Assembly (NCBI GenBank): GCA_964016885.1
Contig: OZ024740.1
Coordinates: 57,908,001-57,972,000 of the forward strand
DNA length: 64,000 bases
Origin: Eledone cirrhosa
Lineage: Eukaryota
Direction of reading: 5' to 3'
This document shows positions 39,761-52,514 of this stretch, piece after piece. The number at the start of each line of letters is the position of its first letter. The stretch's first letter is position 1. The position numbers were made by a program, and so were the translations under genes. The notes under the pieces were generated by a model. That model was not told where the DNA came from. It ran no database searches and saw only the letters and a program-made list of their open reading frames with translations.

Positions 39761-42700
39761 TGATTAGTTTAAATGGTATTTTTATGGAGCCATATATGTG
39801 AGCTTCTGTTTATTCACTTCAATAGATGCAGGGCCCACAGCTTTATTATTTACAGCATAAACACAATAAGTTTTAAACTGGCTTTTAAATTCAGTTATAG
39901 GGTCTCTTTTGAGAGAACATTTTTATCTAGTTCAAACACACACACACACACATATATATATACACAGGGTGTCCAAAAACATGTATACACACTTCAACAT
40001 CATTCTAATAAAAGAATGTCTACATTTTTGTATATGTATCGTATATGTATCATCATCACTATCATTATTATTTAATGGCTGTTTTTCCATGCTTGCATGG
40101 ATTAGACGGGTTGTCATGTTATGAGATGAGTCAGGCCAAGTGATCACATCTTGCTCATATGGAGCTGTATTTTGGCTTGGTTTCTACAGCTGGATGCTTT
40201 TCCTAATGCCAACTATGTTAATGTGGACAGGGTGCATTTTAGTGTGGTACTAAAACGACCATCTAACAGGGTGGACTGGGTGCTTTTTCATCATGTCACC
40301 AACACAACCATCTTACAAGGTGGACAAGGTGCTTTTTTTTCTCATGTCACTGACATGACCAATTATATATATTTATAGGTGTGTATATATGCATACATAT
40401 CACATATCACACCGCTCATAGCATATATATGCAAACATATAGCTACTCATACAATAAACACACACACAAATACATCATTGTATCGTCATGTTTGTCTGTT
40501 TTTCCAAGCTTGCATGGGTTAAACAAGTCTTTGCTAATACTACACTTCTCCGTATGTTTCTTTCCTTAGTCATGTCCTTTCTGAGACTCTTGTGATCAGC
40601 TTTCATCAGCTCTGTTCATATTTCTTTCATGGTCTTCCTTCCACTTGGAACTTCTTCACACAATGATCATCACTCATACATATTATATGTCCATACCTGT
40701 GCACTCTTCTCTACTCTACACTGTATCTGATTCATCTTATGCTCAATTTCTCTCTCAGCTCATCGATGCTTTGCTGTTCATGTACACTAATATTACTTAT
40801 CGAGTGGAGTATGGGCAATTTGTTTCTCTCCAGCCTTCACATATTTTTGGCATTCAAAATTTGCAAAGATCGAAAACTTAAGTCCCAGACAACTTAATCC
40901 ATTATCATCATCACCATTTATCATTTTACATCTACTTTCTATGCAGATGTTGGCTGGACAGAAGTCACCATATTCTGAGTCAGTTCTAATTTGGAACTAC
41001 TGCTCTCCTAGATAATTTGAGTGACTATGTCTTGCTTGTATGTTCCATTATTAGCATAGTTTCTATGGCTGAATGTTCTTCTTAATATCAACCACTTGAC
41101 AAAGTGTACTGGATAAGCAGCACTAGAGGAGTTGAATTTGTCTTCAACACAACTTAAAAGTCGTCTATAATATGTCGTCAATCACTCTATAGGATGTACT
41201 GAGCGCATTTTAACGTGGTACCAACACTAGAGAAGTTAACTTGTCCTCTAATAGAATAGAAAGTCCTCACTACTCTACATTATCTCCCTTCGTTCATGGC
41301 AAACATGAGGGTGGAGATAGAAGAAAAAGTGATAACCAAAAGGGTGTAAGAAGGTAGAGTATGAGTATGAGAAGGATGTGAGAAACAAAGTGATAGAAGT
41401 AAGGAAGATGGTGGGGAAGGATGTTGTAAGGAGACTGAATAAGAAACAGTATAAGCAGTGTGAGATGGGTAAGGGTAAAGGTAAATTATGGAGAAATTGA
41501 CAATGGTAGGTGAAAGTGGTATTTTTAATCTGATAGTTTTGTGGGAAGAAGCAATATCTATGACCATCACAGGTTTGAGATTAAATGTTGCAAGTTGTTA
41601 CATGTAGGAAATCAAAACAAAGAAGGAGTTTCAAGAGACATGCTAGCATAGAAAGCAGACACAAATTAGTGGCCAAGACATTTAACTCTGAAATAACTAA
41701 GTTCATCTATCTGTAAATTTAGGGTTGAAACCATTCACCATTGTGAAGAATGGACAGATGTGTTAGCTTTCATTTCATGTAAGCATTGCTTGGATATTTA
41801 AGGGCTTGATCAAAATGACCTTCCCAAGATACAAATTCAGGGATGTTTTAAATTGGTGCTTCTACAATGAAAAAAGTCATAGAATTCACCACTAAAATTT
41901 ACATAAAATTCTCTAAAATTTAATTTTTTAAACTGATTTGAACTGAGACAACTTCAATTACAATTTGGTAATGAGTAGTCCAGCCATGACTGAACAGACA
42001 TATGACCAAATGTGTGGCAGTTTACAGCCATGACCATCTTGTCCTACTCCCATGCACAGCATACCAATGTTCTTCCTTTATTTCTCATCTATTATTCCCC
42101 CACATTAAGGTGTGATTTGACTGCTATTTCTAGTAGGTTGAGTGACCACAGTGTGGCTCATTGTTAGCTAGTTGAATTTAAGTCTTTATACATAAGTCTA
42201 GTCATTTCATTTATAAATTTGATTGAAAAACTTTTAAGATATTTTAAGGTTGATTTGTGTTTCATAATTCCGGTATCGATCAAATATTTATGATTCTTAA
42301 ATAATTAGTAAAATGTTTGAGTGATAGGAATGACAACTGTACTTTCCTTTGCGTAAAAATAACACAAGCGTTTGTATTAACAGAGCGTAGCTTATGTCAA
42401 CAAAGTCACTTTTTATACGTATTCATAATTCTGGCAACTTAATTACACAAATAACAGGAAACAAAAGATAAGAAAGATTTCTTTGAAGTAAATTATTAAA
42501 TTTTCTTTAGTATTAATAAGTTTCTAGTAAGACTAAGAAAGTAAGAAGATTGCGTCATCCTGAACAGATTATTATTATCACCAACACAAAGAAGACACTA
42601 AATATTTTATTTAGAATTTGTTGTCTTTTTTGTGTATGATTTTATGATGGTGGAAACAATTATTTGTGAATAGATTTGATGAAGCAGGATGTTAGTGTAG

Positions 42701-43006
42701 TTTTTTGAAGCAATAATAACTCTATGGACTGTCAAAGAAATTATTCTCTACTTACTTATACTTTATTTAGTTTTAATATTTTCATATTTAATTCTTCTCA
42801 AACATGAAACTAAAAAATTTTGAAAGTACTTATTATAGATATCAAATGAATGAGAAACTTTCAAATCATCCGTAGAGTGGAAATTTCTCAAGCAACATTA
42901 ATGTTGCTTAGGAGAGAGCAATAGTATTGGAAAGTGCCAAATAGCTGATTTCTCTTAAGACTAATATGGCAAACATAAGGTATTTAAAAATTATTTTATT
43001 TTGTAT

Positions 43007-43082
<76 letters not shown>

Positions 43083-43223
43083 TATGTGTGTGTGTATATA
43101 TATATATATATCCATGCTAGCGTGGAAAATGGACGTTAAACGATGATGATGATGATGATAATGATACATATATATGTGTGTGTGTGTATATATATATATA
43201 AGCGTGGAACATGGACGTTAAAC

Positions 43224-43256
<33 letters not shown>

Positions 43257-43524
43257 ATATATATATATATATATATAATATATATACATATATATATAAT
43301 ATATATACGTACAAATATATATATATATCAATTTTATACACATATTTATTCAATTTATTAGGCTTTTTGTGAACAATAGCCTTGTTGGTTATGGGTTTTC
43401 AATAGTCAACTAACTGGTTCATTGCATTAATGATGGCAAGAGGGTATCTGTACAACTTGAGCAGAATAAATACCACAAGGTATTCTTCTTAAAAATATCA
43501 GCAATTTTTTTGCCGATGTATAAA

Positions 43525-43790
43525 TGATGTGGCCTAGTGATTAAGGTGTTTGTCTTACGATCACAGTATCATGTGTTCAATTCCTGGACCAGATGACACA
43601 ATTATGTTTGAGAAAAACACTTTGTTTCACATTGTTCCAGCACACTTAGCTGAGAATGAATACCGACAGTAGCTGGGTTAAACTTTGAAATAGACTAACT
43701 GCCAGCCTGTTCAAGGGAGAGTCTTGTATGCCCAGTCGTTCAATGCCAATGAAACCAGAATAAGCACTGGCCTAAGCCTCTGGACGAACT
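43525..43790 (+). mobile_element. tRNA-derived SINE (family 2)
   Basis: TGGCCTAGTGA (box A) and GTTCAATTCC (box B); collinear with 16315-16591. Confidence 0.78.
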
Positions 43791-44095
43791 TTTTTTAATA
43801 TCTTTTGCGGATACAAACACAATCCCCACACCATATATCATATATATATACATACACACACATGTTATATAAAACGTATAATGGCAAAAAGTAATAAAAC
43901 GATGAGAAAAAATAAAACATTGTTTATAATGTGAATCTAGCAGGACTTGTGAAGATATTAAGTTTGTTGCAACCAGCAAATACTATCACTAATGGAAAGA
44001 CCAACAAAAACATAAATCTGATGTTCCTTTCTTATATATACATGTATAGAACAGAGCTATTTAATTAGAAAGTGAACAACACAAAATATAACTAC

Positions 44096-44156
44096 TCCAT
44101 TACCAAAGGTTTCTGGATCCCAGACAATATTAATATACATCTGGATCGGTCATCAT
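44096..44156 (-). ncRNA. Hammerhead remnant with a long stem II, truncated at the core
   Basis: (A)TGATGA-CCGATCCAGA...TCTGGGATCCA-GAAACC-TTT-GGTA-ATGG. C3 and the 5' strand of stem I are absent. Confidence 0.45.
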
Positions 44157-44829
44157 GTTATATATATATGTTAAGGTGTTTGCTTTAATACAGCTGTATA
44201 CATATAAGTATGAGTGTTTTGTATATCTAGCGATATACAGTATGTTCCGGATTAACATTTTGAGATTTCAGCTATGAATTGGAAACTGACGATGTAGCAC
44301 CATCTGGCGCAAAGGTTCTCAACCCATTTCGGCCAAACGCCCCCTTTTGCCCCTCAAAATCACAAAACGCCCCCTACCCTATTTTTCCATTTTTCAATAT
44401 ACTACTGATTTTAATATCAGTAGATTACTGGGTCAAATCAAGTTATGTTAGAATCTTTAAAAAGATCTTTAAAAAATACTCACACGAATTAAATACAAAA
44501 AAGTTTCAGTCCAAAACAAAAGCAAGCTATTTCAAATTATATATTTAAAAAAAAAAGACGTGAATGTTCTCAAAGATTTGATCTCAGTCGAAAAAGTTTT
44601 TTTTTTAAATTCTATATTTCACTGTTAGCTGTTGTAATATTTTGAGTGAATAGACAATTCTATAATTCAAACTGTAAAGTCAAAATACAAAAATGCAAAA
44701 TATGAAGAAATTCTTACCTTTCCCTTGAATCACAAACTCAAGCGAAAAATAGTACCTTGCAAAATAAAGTGCCTCGATCACAAACTTAGTTGCAACGAAT
44801 GAATTGAGATGCTTGGTGACAGTGAACAA

Positions 44830-47002
44830 ACAATATCAGTCTGTGGAGCTAACATTGCTAGTAACTACAGACTGTCCTACTTCCTCTCCCTGATCATACG
44901 CCCATCATTGAAATGTCCCCAGATGTATGTGACAGCACGGAGGACCTCCTCAGCAGAATCGGCGAGAGTAACCGATCTAGGGACCTTACAAACTGCATAA
45001 TAGGTAGTATGGATGTTGTGTCCCTGTATCCATCTATTGACGTACAATGTTGAGTTCCGTGGGATTGATACCAGTGAGCTGGGATCCTACTTAAACTTAC
45101 CTATAGTAATAATTATCTAGACACATATGACCTTAGCAACCTGTGCCCTACAAGACCAGCAAGAGGCAGACCATCTACCATTACTTCAATGGCCAAGAAA
45201 ACCCACACAGATAGATGGAACGGGTGGACCAGAACCATACGGACCCCCGAAAACCACGATGAACTAAAGAAAATGATTGCACATGCGGTGGGGGCCAGCA
45301 TAAAAGGAACATATGTTCAAATTTAATGGAAAAACATATGCCCAAGAGGAGGGAGCAGCCATTGGTGTTAGCATTGCAGGTGACATAGCTAACTTATTCA
45401 TGGTATGGTGGGACAGTAGACTTAAACTTAAACTTAAAGAACAATTAGAAGACCCCGTACCCTGATAATGTACTCCCGCTATGTTGATGATATAAACATC
45501 GTAGTTAAAACACCCCCATAGAGAACAGTCAGGAATTAGAGAAAAACACAATGGAAAGCATCCAGCAAATAGCTAACTCCATCCACCAGAGTATTAGAGT
45601 TACTATAGACTACCCAAGCAAACACCCCAACCATCGATTACCTGTACTAGACACAGAGCTCTGGTTAGATACCATTAACAACAAAAAACAAATCCTCCAT
45701 TCCCATTATGCCCAACCCATGACTATCAAATATCTGATCTACTGAAACTCAGCTGTTTCGGACCATACCAAAATCAACATACTGATTGCGGATTTGGTAC
45801 GGGTGATGAGAAACGTGTCCCGCATGTGCAACCCCGAAGAACTAGAGAGACACATACAACACTTCATCCACCGTATGCAGTTCTCTGGTTACAATCAGAG
45901 AGATAAAATCAGAGTGTATAGAGGAGCCAGAACCAAATGGGAAAAAAATGGTAAATAATGACACAAATGGGACCTGCCCCTTGTATAGGAGCAAATTTTG
46001 GAATAGAATAGAAAGAACTAGCAATAAGGCTAATAGAATAAACTCATAGTATGATAGCAATAAATACCAGAGTGTAATGTTCATCGATACAACCCTTAGA
46101 GGTGAATTAGCTTACAAATTTAGAAGGGCCCTAGATAAACATAAACTCAATATTAAGATAGTAGAAAGACCAGGTACCTCCATAAAAACACTTATTAGCA
46201 AGACATACCCTTTTCAAAGACCCCTCCTGTATAGATAAGAAATATATAACCTGTAAATTAAGCCCCCATATTAACTGTAAAACTAGAAATGTAGTATATA
46301 GCATAAGATGTACTGAAGGACAATGTAGAGATAAAAATATAGTGTACATAGGTGAGACAGCTCGTAGTGTAGGGGAACGGATAAATGAACACTGGCGAGA
46401 CCTTCAAGATAGTAAAGAATCATCTGTACTCTACCAACATGGTAAAATAAAACATAAGGGTAAATTAGAGAACATAGAAATCTAAATAGAATCTACACAC
46501 AGAAAAGACGCAATGTTTAGAAAAAACACAGAGGCAATAAACATAAAAGAATTACAACCAAAATTAAATAGAAAACATGAGTAGAACAGCAACATCACAA
46601 CTTACAATTAAGGACAAAATGAAAACACACACGCACATAGAACAAACAACCAACCAGTAACATGTAAATAAACAAATAAATAAACGAATATAAACACACA
46701 CAGACATCCGGATGTGGCGCATGTGCAGACTGAGCACACAACACACGCACAGAAACAAGATGGCGTAGGACAGAACAAAGGAGAGGCACAAAAACAAAGA
46801 AAAGAATCCCCAGTCACTGAAGAGGTCACAGAATGTGTGACGAAAGAACTTTGACAATATATAAACAACCATCTGGTTGTGGGACCAAGCAACCGGAAAT
46901 TTATAAATTCCTCAATTTATAAATTTACTATAATAAATTGAAGTGAAAGCAACTGGTGCGTGTTTTTCTTATTGGCAACATGACCCTCCCAAAGTATAAC
47001 AA
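44830..47002 (+). mobile_element. Penelope-like element 2 (RT, GIY-YIG and pLTR), decayed
   Basis: MDVVSLYPSID, FKFNGKTYAQEEGAAIG, RYVDDI, LPVLD and NCKTRNVVYSIRC..YIGETARSVGERINEH. The pLTR carries an HHR and ends in (TA)n. Confidence 0.9.
46813..46855 (+). ncRNA. Minimal hammerhead ribozyme in the pLTR of PLE 2
   Basis: GTCA-CTGAAGA-G-GTCACA(GAATG)TGTGAC-GAAA-GAAC-TT-TGAC. Confidence 0.72.
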
Positions 47003-47022
47003 TATATATATATATATATATG

Positions 47023-47106
<84 letters not shown>

Positions 47107-47114
47107 TATATATA

Positions 47115-47148
<34 letters not shown>

Positions 47149-47182
47149 TATATATATATGCATATATATATATATATATATA

Positions 47183-47217
<35 letters not shown>

Positions 47218-47281
47218 AAATAAATATGGTTTTATAAATATAGTTTCCATTTATTAATATATTGTATATATATATATATAA

Positions 47282-47360
<79 letters not shown>

Positions 47361-47460
47361 TATAGGAAAAGAGTCTTTTCCTATTACCCACTCTACTAAC
47401 CTAAGTATCGAGTACTCTGGTGCGTTATGGTCCACCTAGTTTCTTACCTCACTTTCTTTG

Positions 47461-47520
<60 letters not shown>

Positions 47521-47522
47521 AC

Positions 47523-47565
<43 letters not shown>
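47002..47565. repeat. Compound (TA)n microsatellite hosting short element tails
   Basis: Direct inspection. Similar tracts at 28268-28415, 43005-43330, 48867-49326, 52725-52855 and 60410-60645. Confidence 0.95.
47362..47462 (+). mobile_element. Short PLE-type tail with an 11-bp fold-back at its 5' end
   Basis: ATAGGAAAAGA-G-TCTTTTCCTAT then TACCCACTCTACT...GCGTTATGGTCCACC. Homologous to 52975-53058 and 60850-60925. Confidence 0.7.
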
Positions 47566-47568
<3 letters not shown>

Positions 47569-48866
47569 TCATCATCATCATCATCATCACCGTTTTAAGT
47601 CCGTTCTTCCACGCTAGCATGGGTTAGACGGGTTGTCCTGTTGTGTGCAGTGTCTGGTCGGCTGACCATGCCTTGCTCATACAGGAACTGATCTGGCTTG
47701 ATTTCTACAGCTGGATGCCCTTCCTAACACCAACCTCATTTACAGTGAGTGCTGGGTGCTTTTTCGTGGCGCCTACACGTCCACTTTACAGTGTGGGCTG
47801 GGTGCTTTTTTGCCGTGGCACCTCCACGACCACCTTGCGGTGGGGGGTGTGGGGGCATATTGTCTATATGCTTCAGCTTGTACCCATGGGAGGTCGGGTA
47901 CTCTGTATTACTGCGTGACGCCAGAAGTCACGGTCGTGTGTCATTGTCTTTGAGAGGTGTAGTTGGGTAAGGTCGGCTTTTATCACCTCATCCCAGGTCA
48001 TCTTGGGTCTCCCCACTCCGCGGTTTCCATCAACTTCTAGTGCTCTGCACCTTTTTATGCAGCTGTCATTCCTTCATACGCATCACATGTCCATACCAGC
48101 GCAACCGCCTCTCCTGCACACAGCATTTGATTCCTCTTATGCTCAGTCTCTCTCTCAATGCACTTATGCTTTGTCGTTCACGTATATTGCTGTTACACAT
48201 CCATCGGAGCATGCAGGCTTCGTTTCTCTCTAATCTACGTAAGTCTTCCACCTTCAGCGCCCAGGTCTCACTACCATGCAACATCGCTGTTCGGATACAC
48301 GCATCATACAGTCTGCCTTTCATTCTGAGGGAGAAGCCTTTTGCAGCTAGCAGTGGTAGTAGTTACCTAAACTTCTTCCATCCCGTTCTTACCCTAGTTA
48401 TTGTACTTTCTGAACACCCACCTCCGTTGCTAATTCGGTCACCTAGGTAGCAGAAGCTGTCTACTGTTTCTACAGGGCCCTCCCAGAGATTGGTGGTACT
48501 TGTTTCCTGTGGCTGTTTGCTGCTTGCTGTTTCAGCACAGCTGCTGCATGTGAATCCTACATTCTTAATTAAGCTTCCTGAGATCCCGCTACATCTCTTG
48601 TGTACCCATTATTTGCATTTGGGGCAGAGAATGGAGTTCCTACCTACACCTTTCCTACATACTGAGCAAGGCCATTTCCCTGAGGGGATCTGGGTTCTGT
48701 TTTCTCGTCTACTTACAAGGACCTTAGTCTTTGTCATGTTGACTTTGAGGCCCTTTCTCTCTAGTCCCTGCTTCCAGGTTTGGAATTTATTCTCTAGTTC
48801 TACCATAGATTCAGCTATGAGTGCGAGGTCATCAGCATACAGGAGTTCCCATGGGCATCCGGTCTT
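47565..48866 (-). mobile_element. RTE LINE subfamily B, 5' end at [13 protein letters not shown]
   Basis: [32 protein letters not shown], 3'UTR and (GAT)n tail. Confidence 0.93.
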
Positions 48867-48892
48867 ATATATATATATGTATATATATGTAT

Positions 48893-48926
<34 letters not shown>

Positions 48927-48956
48927 GTATATATATGTATGTATATATATATGTAT

Positions 48957-49058
48957 ATCATCATCATCATCATCATCATCAACGTTTAACGTCCGTGTTC
49001 CACGCTTGCATGGGTTTGGACGGGGGTAGTCCCACTTGAGGCAAGAGTGATTGTCTTG

Positions 49059-49061
<3 letters not shown>
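48957..49061 (-). mobile_element. RTE subfamily A 3' tip
   Basis: Essentially identical to 23757-23859. Confidence 0.9.
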
Positions 49062-49105
<44 letters not shown>

Positions 49106-49122
49106 GTATATATATATATGTA

Positions 49123-49171
<49 letters not shown>

Positions 49172-49195
49172 GGATATATACATATATATATATAC

Positions 49196-49251
<56 letters not shown>

Positions 49252-49254
49252 GGA

Positions 49255-49286
<32 letters not shown>

Positions 49287-49287
49287 C

Positions 49288-49326
<39 letters not shown>

Positions 49327-49828
49327 TGTAGATAAATCTACCAAGAGTTTACGGTAGTGTCCAATCCGTATGAAGAACTCAATGTATTCCGGATATCATG
49401 GAAAGAAGAGATGTAATGAAAATCCACTTTCGGTGAAAGATAAACGGTATACAGAGTCAAGATAAAATATTAAACAAATAATGAATAAACAATTCCTTAT
49501 ATTAAACAAAAAAAGTTCATTATTTAACGATCGTTTCTAGGGTATATATGTGTTATAATTGGTATGCATATTCAACAGATCTATGTACAAAATTATACAA
49601 AATTATACAAATTATCAAGATTAAATATACATACCTAACACATATATACGCCGTCTTCAGAAATAATAATCTTGATAATTTGTATAATTTTGTATAATTT
49701 TGTACATAGATCTGTTGAATATGCATACCAATTATAACACATATATACCCTAGAAACGATCGTTAAATAATGAACTTTTTTTGTTTAATATAAGGAATTG
49801 TTTATTCATTATTTGTTTAATATTTTAT
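49327..49828 (-). mobile_element. PLE pLTR (relative of PLE 1) with a 162-bp fold-back duplication
   Basis: Arms 49462-49623 and 49667-49828, 43-nt loop. Tail 49327-49461 is homologous to 27941-28069. Confidence 0.88.
49517..49667 (-). ncRNA. Hammerhead with a 116-nt extended stem II
   Basis: ATTATTT-CTGAAGA-[GTATATATGTGTTA...TAACACATATATAC]-GAAAC-GATC-GTT-AAATAAT. Confidence 0.72.
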
Positions 49829-50004
49829 ATATATATATATAAATTAGAATCGGAGCTCTGAAATAGCAATATATATATGGATGTATATATAATGTATTTT
49901 GCAATACACTTTATGCTTAATTAAAAGCATTTTGAAGACCGTAAGCTATTGTTTTAAAGTAGTGACAAATTCACTCACTTTGATCTCAGCAAACAGGGGA
50001 GATA

Positions 50005-50048
50005 AGCCGACAAGACTTGTTTCGCTTTGGTTGAAGCTTATCAAGGCC
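50005..50048 (-). ncRNA. Hammerhead (U3-A8 variant), mirror copy
   Basis: Exact reverse complement of 50292-50335. Confidence 0.72.
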
Positions 50049-50291
50049 AACTACCCCACCTGTTTACTGAGATCATTGATGTTATATTCTTATAGAAATC
50101 TTGTAAATAATCAGGAGCTGATTATAGCAATATATATATGGATGTATATATATATTGCTATATCAGAGCTCCAATTCTAATTTTTAATTTCTGCCTGACC
50201 AACAACCGCTCTGCATAATCAGCTCCTGATTATTTACTAGATTTCTATAAGAATATAACATCAATGATCTCAGTAAACAGGTGGAGTAGTT

Positions 50292-50335
50292 GGCCTTGAT
50301 AAGCTTCAACCAAAGCGAAACAAGTCTTGTCGGCT
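50292..50335 (+). ncRNA. Hammerhead ribozyme, U3-A8 core variant
   Basis: GGCC-TTGATAA-GCTT(CAACCA)AAGC-GAAACAAG-T-CTTGTC-GGCT. GUC triplet. Confidence 0.75.
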
Positions 50336-50459
50336 TATCTCCCCTGTTTGCTGAGATCAAAGTGAGTGAATTTGTCACTACTTTAAAACAATAGCTTACG
50401 GTCTTCAAAATGCTTTTAATTAAGCATAAAGTGTATTGCAAAATACATTATATATACAT

Positions 50460-50507
<48 letters not shown>

Positions 50508-50509
<2 letters not shown>

Positions 50510-50830
50510 TTTCATCATCATCATTTCATTTTACGTCCGCTTTTTCCCTGCTTGCAAGGGTGGGACGGGAACTGATTCTGGCTTAATTTCTACACCTGGA
50601 TGCCCTTCCTAACACCAACCTCATTTACAGTGAGTGCTGGGTGCGTTTTTTCCGTGGCACCTACACGACCACTTTGCAGTGGAATGATTTGGACCCCAGT
50701 CCCTATCATCTCATTTCTACAGCTGAGTAAACTGGAGCAATGTGAAATAAAGTGTCTTGCTCAAGGAAACAACACATCATATTGAGAATTGAACTCACAA
50801 CCTTTCGATTGCAAGGCCAATGCTCTAACT
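50508..50830 (-). mobile_element. Composite tRNA-derived SINE (family 4) with RTE-derived 3' part
   Basis: GAGTTCAATTC box B, shared central domain, segment matching the RTE-B 3'UTR, tail matching RTE-C (18006-18075). Confidence 0.85.
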
Positions 50831-51130
50831 ATATATATATATACATATACATATATATACATATATATACATATATATATATACATATACATATATATAC
50901 ATATATATACATATATATATATATACAAATTTTAGTACAGCATTAACGAAGCTTTAGGTTGCGGCCAAGCAAACGAATGCAAATTCGGAATGTAGCTTTA
51001 GCACTCGATAGGGAATAGTACCCCAGAGTAATAACAATACGTTTAGACAGCTTTGCAAATCAAATATAGCGATCGGCATCCCAACAGCATTGCCACAGCA
51101 ACGAAAATGGTTGGACTCAGGAAAAGATTT

Positions 51131-51252
51131 TAGACTGACCTAGACATAGCGTGGAGACCGAATGCAATATATAATGCATATCGTATAGCATACGATATAC
51201 ATCACATACAACACACAACATCCACGCTAGGTTTCTGTAAATCCAAGATCGA
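51131..51252 (-). ncRNA. 3' half of a hammerhead-like motif with a ~100-nt stem III
   Basis: GAAACCTAG...CTAGGTC with internal TAGCGTGGA/TCCACGCTA and TATCGTAT/ATACGATA helices. The CUGA core is missing (truncated into (TA)n). Confidence 0.4.
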
Positions 51253-51266
51253 CATATATATATATC

Positions 51267-51307
<41 letters not shown>

Positions 51308-51325
51308 CCCCCCCCCCCGGAAAAA

Positions 51326-51361
51326 CCCCAGTTGATGGATGTGAATCCGAAATATATAGGG
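51326..51361 (+). ncRNA. Degenerate minimal hammerhead in a pLTR-like fragment
   Basis: CCC-CAGTTGA-T-GGAT(GTGA)ATCC-GAAA-TATA-TA-GGG. The core has 2 mismatches to CUGANGA. Confidence 0.5.
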
Positions 51362-51690
51362 ACAATTAAATCTCTCCCAAGGTAACTCTTTCTCGTGTTG
51401 TTATTTTTATTTTTATCCTTTACGCTCTTTGCTTCATTCCTCTACATGTTACAGTCTTATACACGCCACGCATCTCAACGTACACCCACTTACATCTCTC
51501 TCTCCACCATCGGATCTTGTTACCCGGAGATTTACCCATCTGCATTGTCGAGGCTTCCAAACGACTTAAAGAAATTTACCATATATATATATCGACATAT
51601 ATATATAACCGATCATTGCTCAAAGTAATGAATTAAAAGGCTTAATCACAGATCGATCTTTGACTCTTAGTAAAAGACAGCCAAAAAAAT

Positions 51691-52140
51691 TTGAAGCAAT
51701 TGCTAACAAAAGCAAAGTTTGACCTGAACAACAAAGACCAATCATTCACTGTATCTAAATGCAATGATAATCGATGCGGCACATGTCAATCCATACACGC
51801 CGGTCAATATATGAAAACAAAAACTGGAAAAATATTCCCAAATGCAAATATGAACTGCAAAAGCAGAAATCTAATTTACTGCATTAAATGCCCGAATTGT
51901 GAAGAACTATATGTCGGTCAAACTGGAAATGCACTATCGGAACGTGCACGGGTACACCGTCAACAAATCAGAGACCCAAATGTCCGTCAGATACCCCTAA
52001 GCGGCCACCTGGCAACATGTGGTCAGGGAATATTTATAATATTCCCATTCTACAAATTACACAGCCCAAGTGAAATCAAGAGAAAAATCAGAGAAAAGAA
52101 TTTTATTGATAAATTCAAACCCAAGCTAAATGAACAATAA
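51691..52140 (+). CDS. GIY-YIG endonuclease domain of PLE 3 (5'-truncated ORF)
   Basis: KCNDNRCGTC..NCKSRNLIYCIKCPNCEELYVGQT..ERARVH..H..RE..FIDKFKPKLN. Confidence 0.9.
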   Translation: MKQLLTKAKFDLNNKDQSFTVSKCNDNRCGTCQSIHAGQYMKTKTGKIFPNANMNCKSRNLIYCIKCPNCEELYVGQTGNALSERARVHRQQIRDPNVRQIPLSGHLATCGQGIFIIFPFYKLHSPSEIKRKIREKNFIDKFKPKLNEQ

Positions 52141-52514
52141 TGACGCCTAGGGGTATTACTTCTACTACCACTATGACCACGACCACTAACAACAACAACA
52201 ACAATAATAATAATAATAATAAAAGTGATGTTGATGGTGATGATTAATAGAAAATGCTATTTTCATCATTTCAAAAAGCAAAACAATTGATACGTTGGGT
52301 ATGACTATTGGACGTTAGCATGCTCAACCAGCCGTGACGCTTAAACCAATCAGCTGTAGTAATTCAGTGAAACTACACACTGATTGGTCGAAATACAGTT
52401 TACAGGGCTTTGCATTCTGGAGCCACTTTTCTCTGTATAAAATGTATAAAAGGTAGTAAATTTACCCATCTCATTACAGTTGAAAATTGCAAACTCGACT
52501 GTCACCACACATTA

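Larger units (their letters stand above)
49841..50471. mobile_element. Fold-back pLTR/retrozyme-like unit, ~257-bp inverted arms
   Basis: Arms ~49869-50125 and 50215-50471 (2 mismatches seen). Each arm carries a hammerhead. Confidence 0.88.

Noticed and set aside
46956-49357. YIYIYI/ICIC-type ORFs (also near 20142, 28026, 43117, 60239 and 63587)
   Set aside because: These are translations of (TA)n/(CA)n microsatellites.
49899-50441. Twin ORFs MQYTLCLIKS... on opposite strands
   Set aside because: A by-product of the inverted repeat, with a non-ATG start and no recognisable domain.
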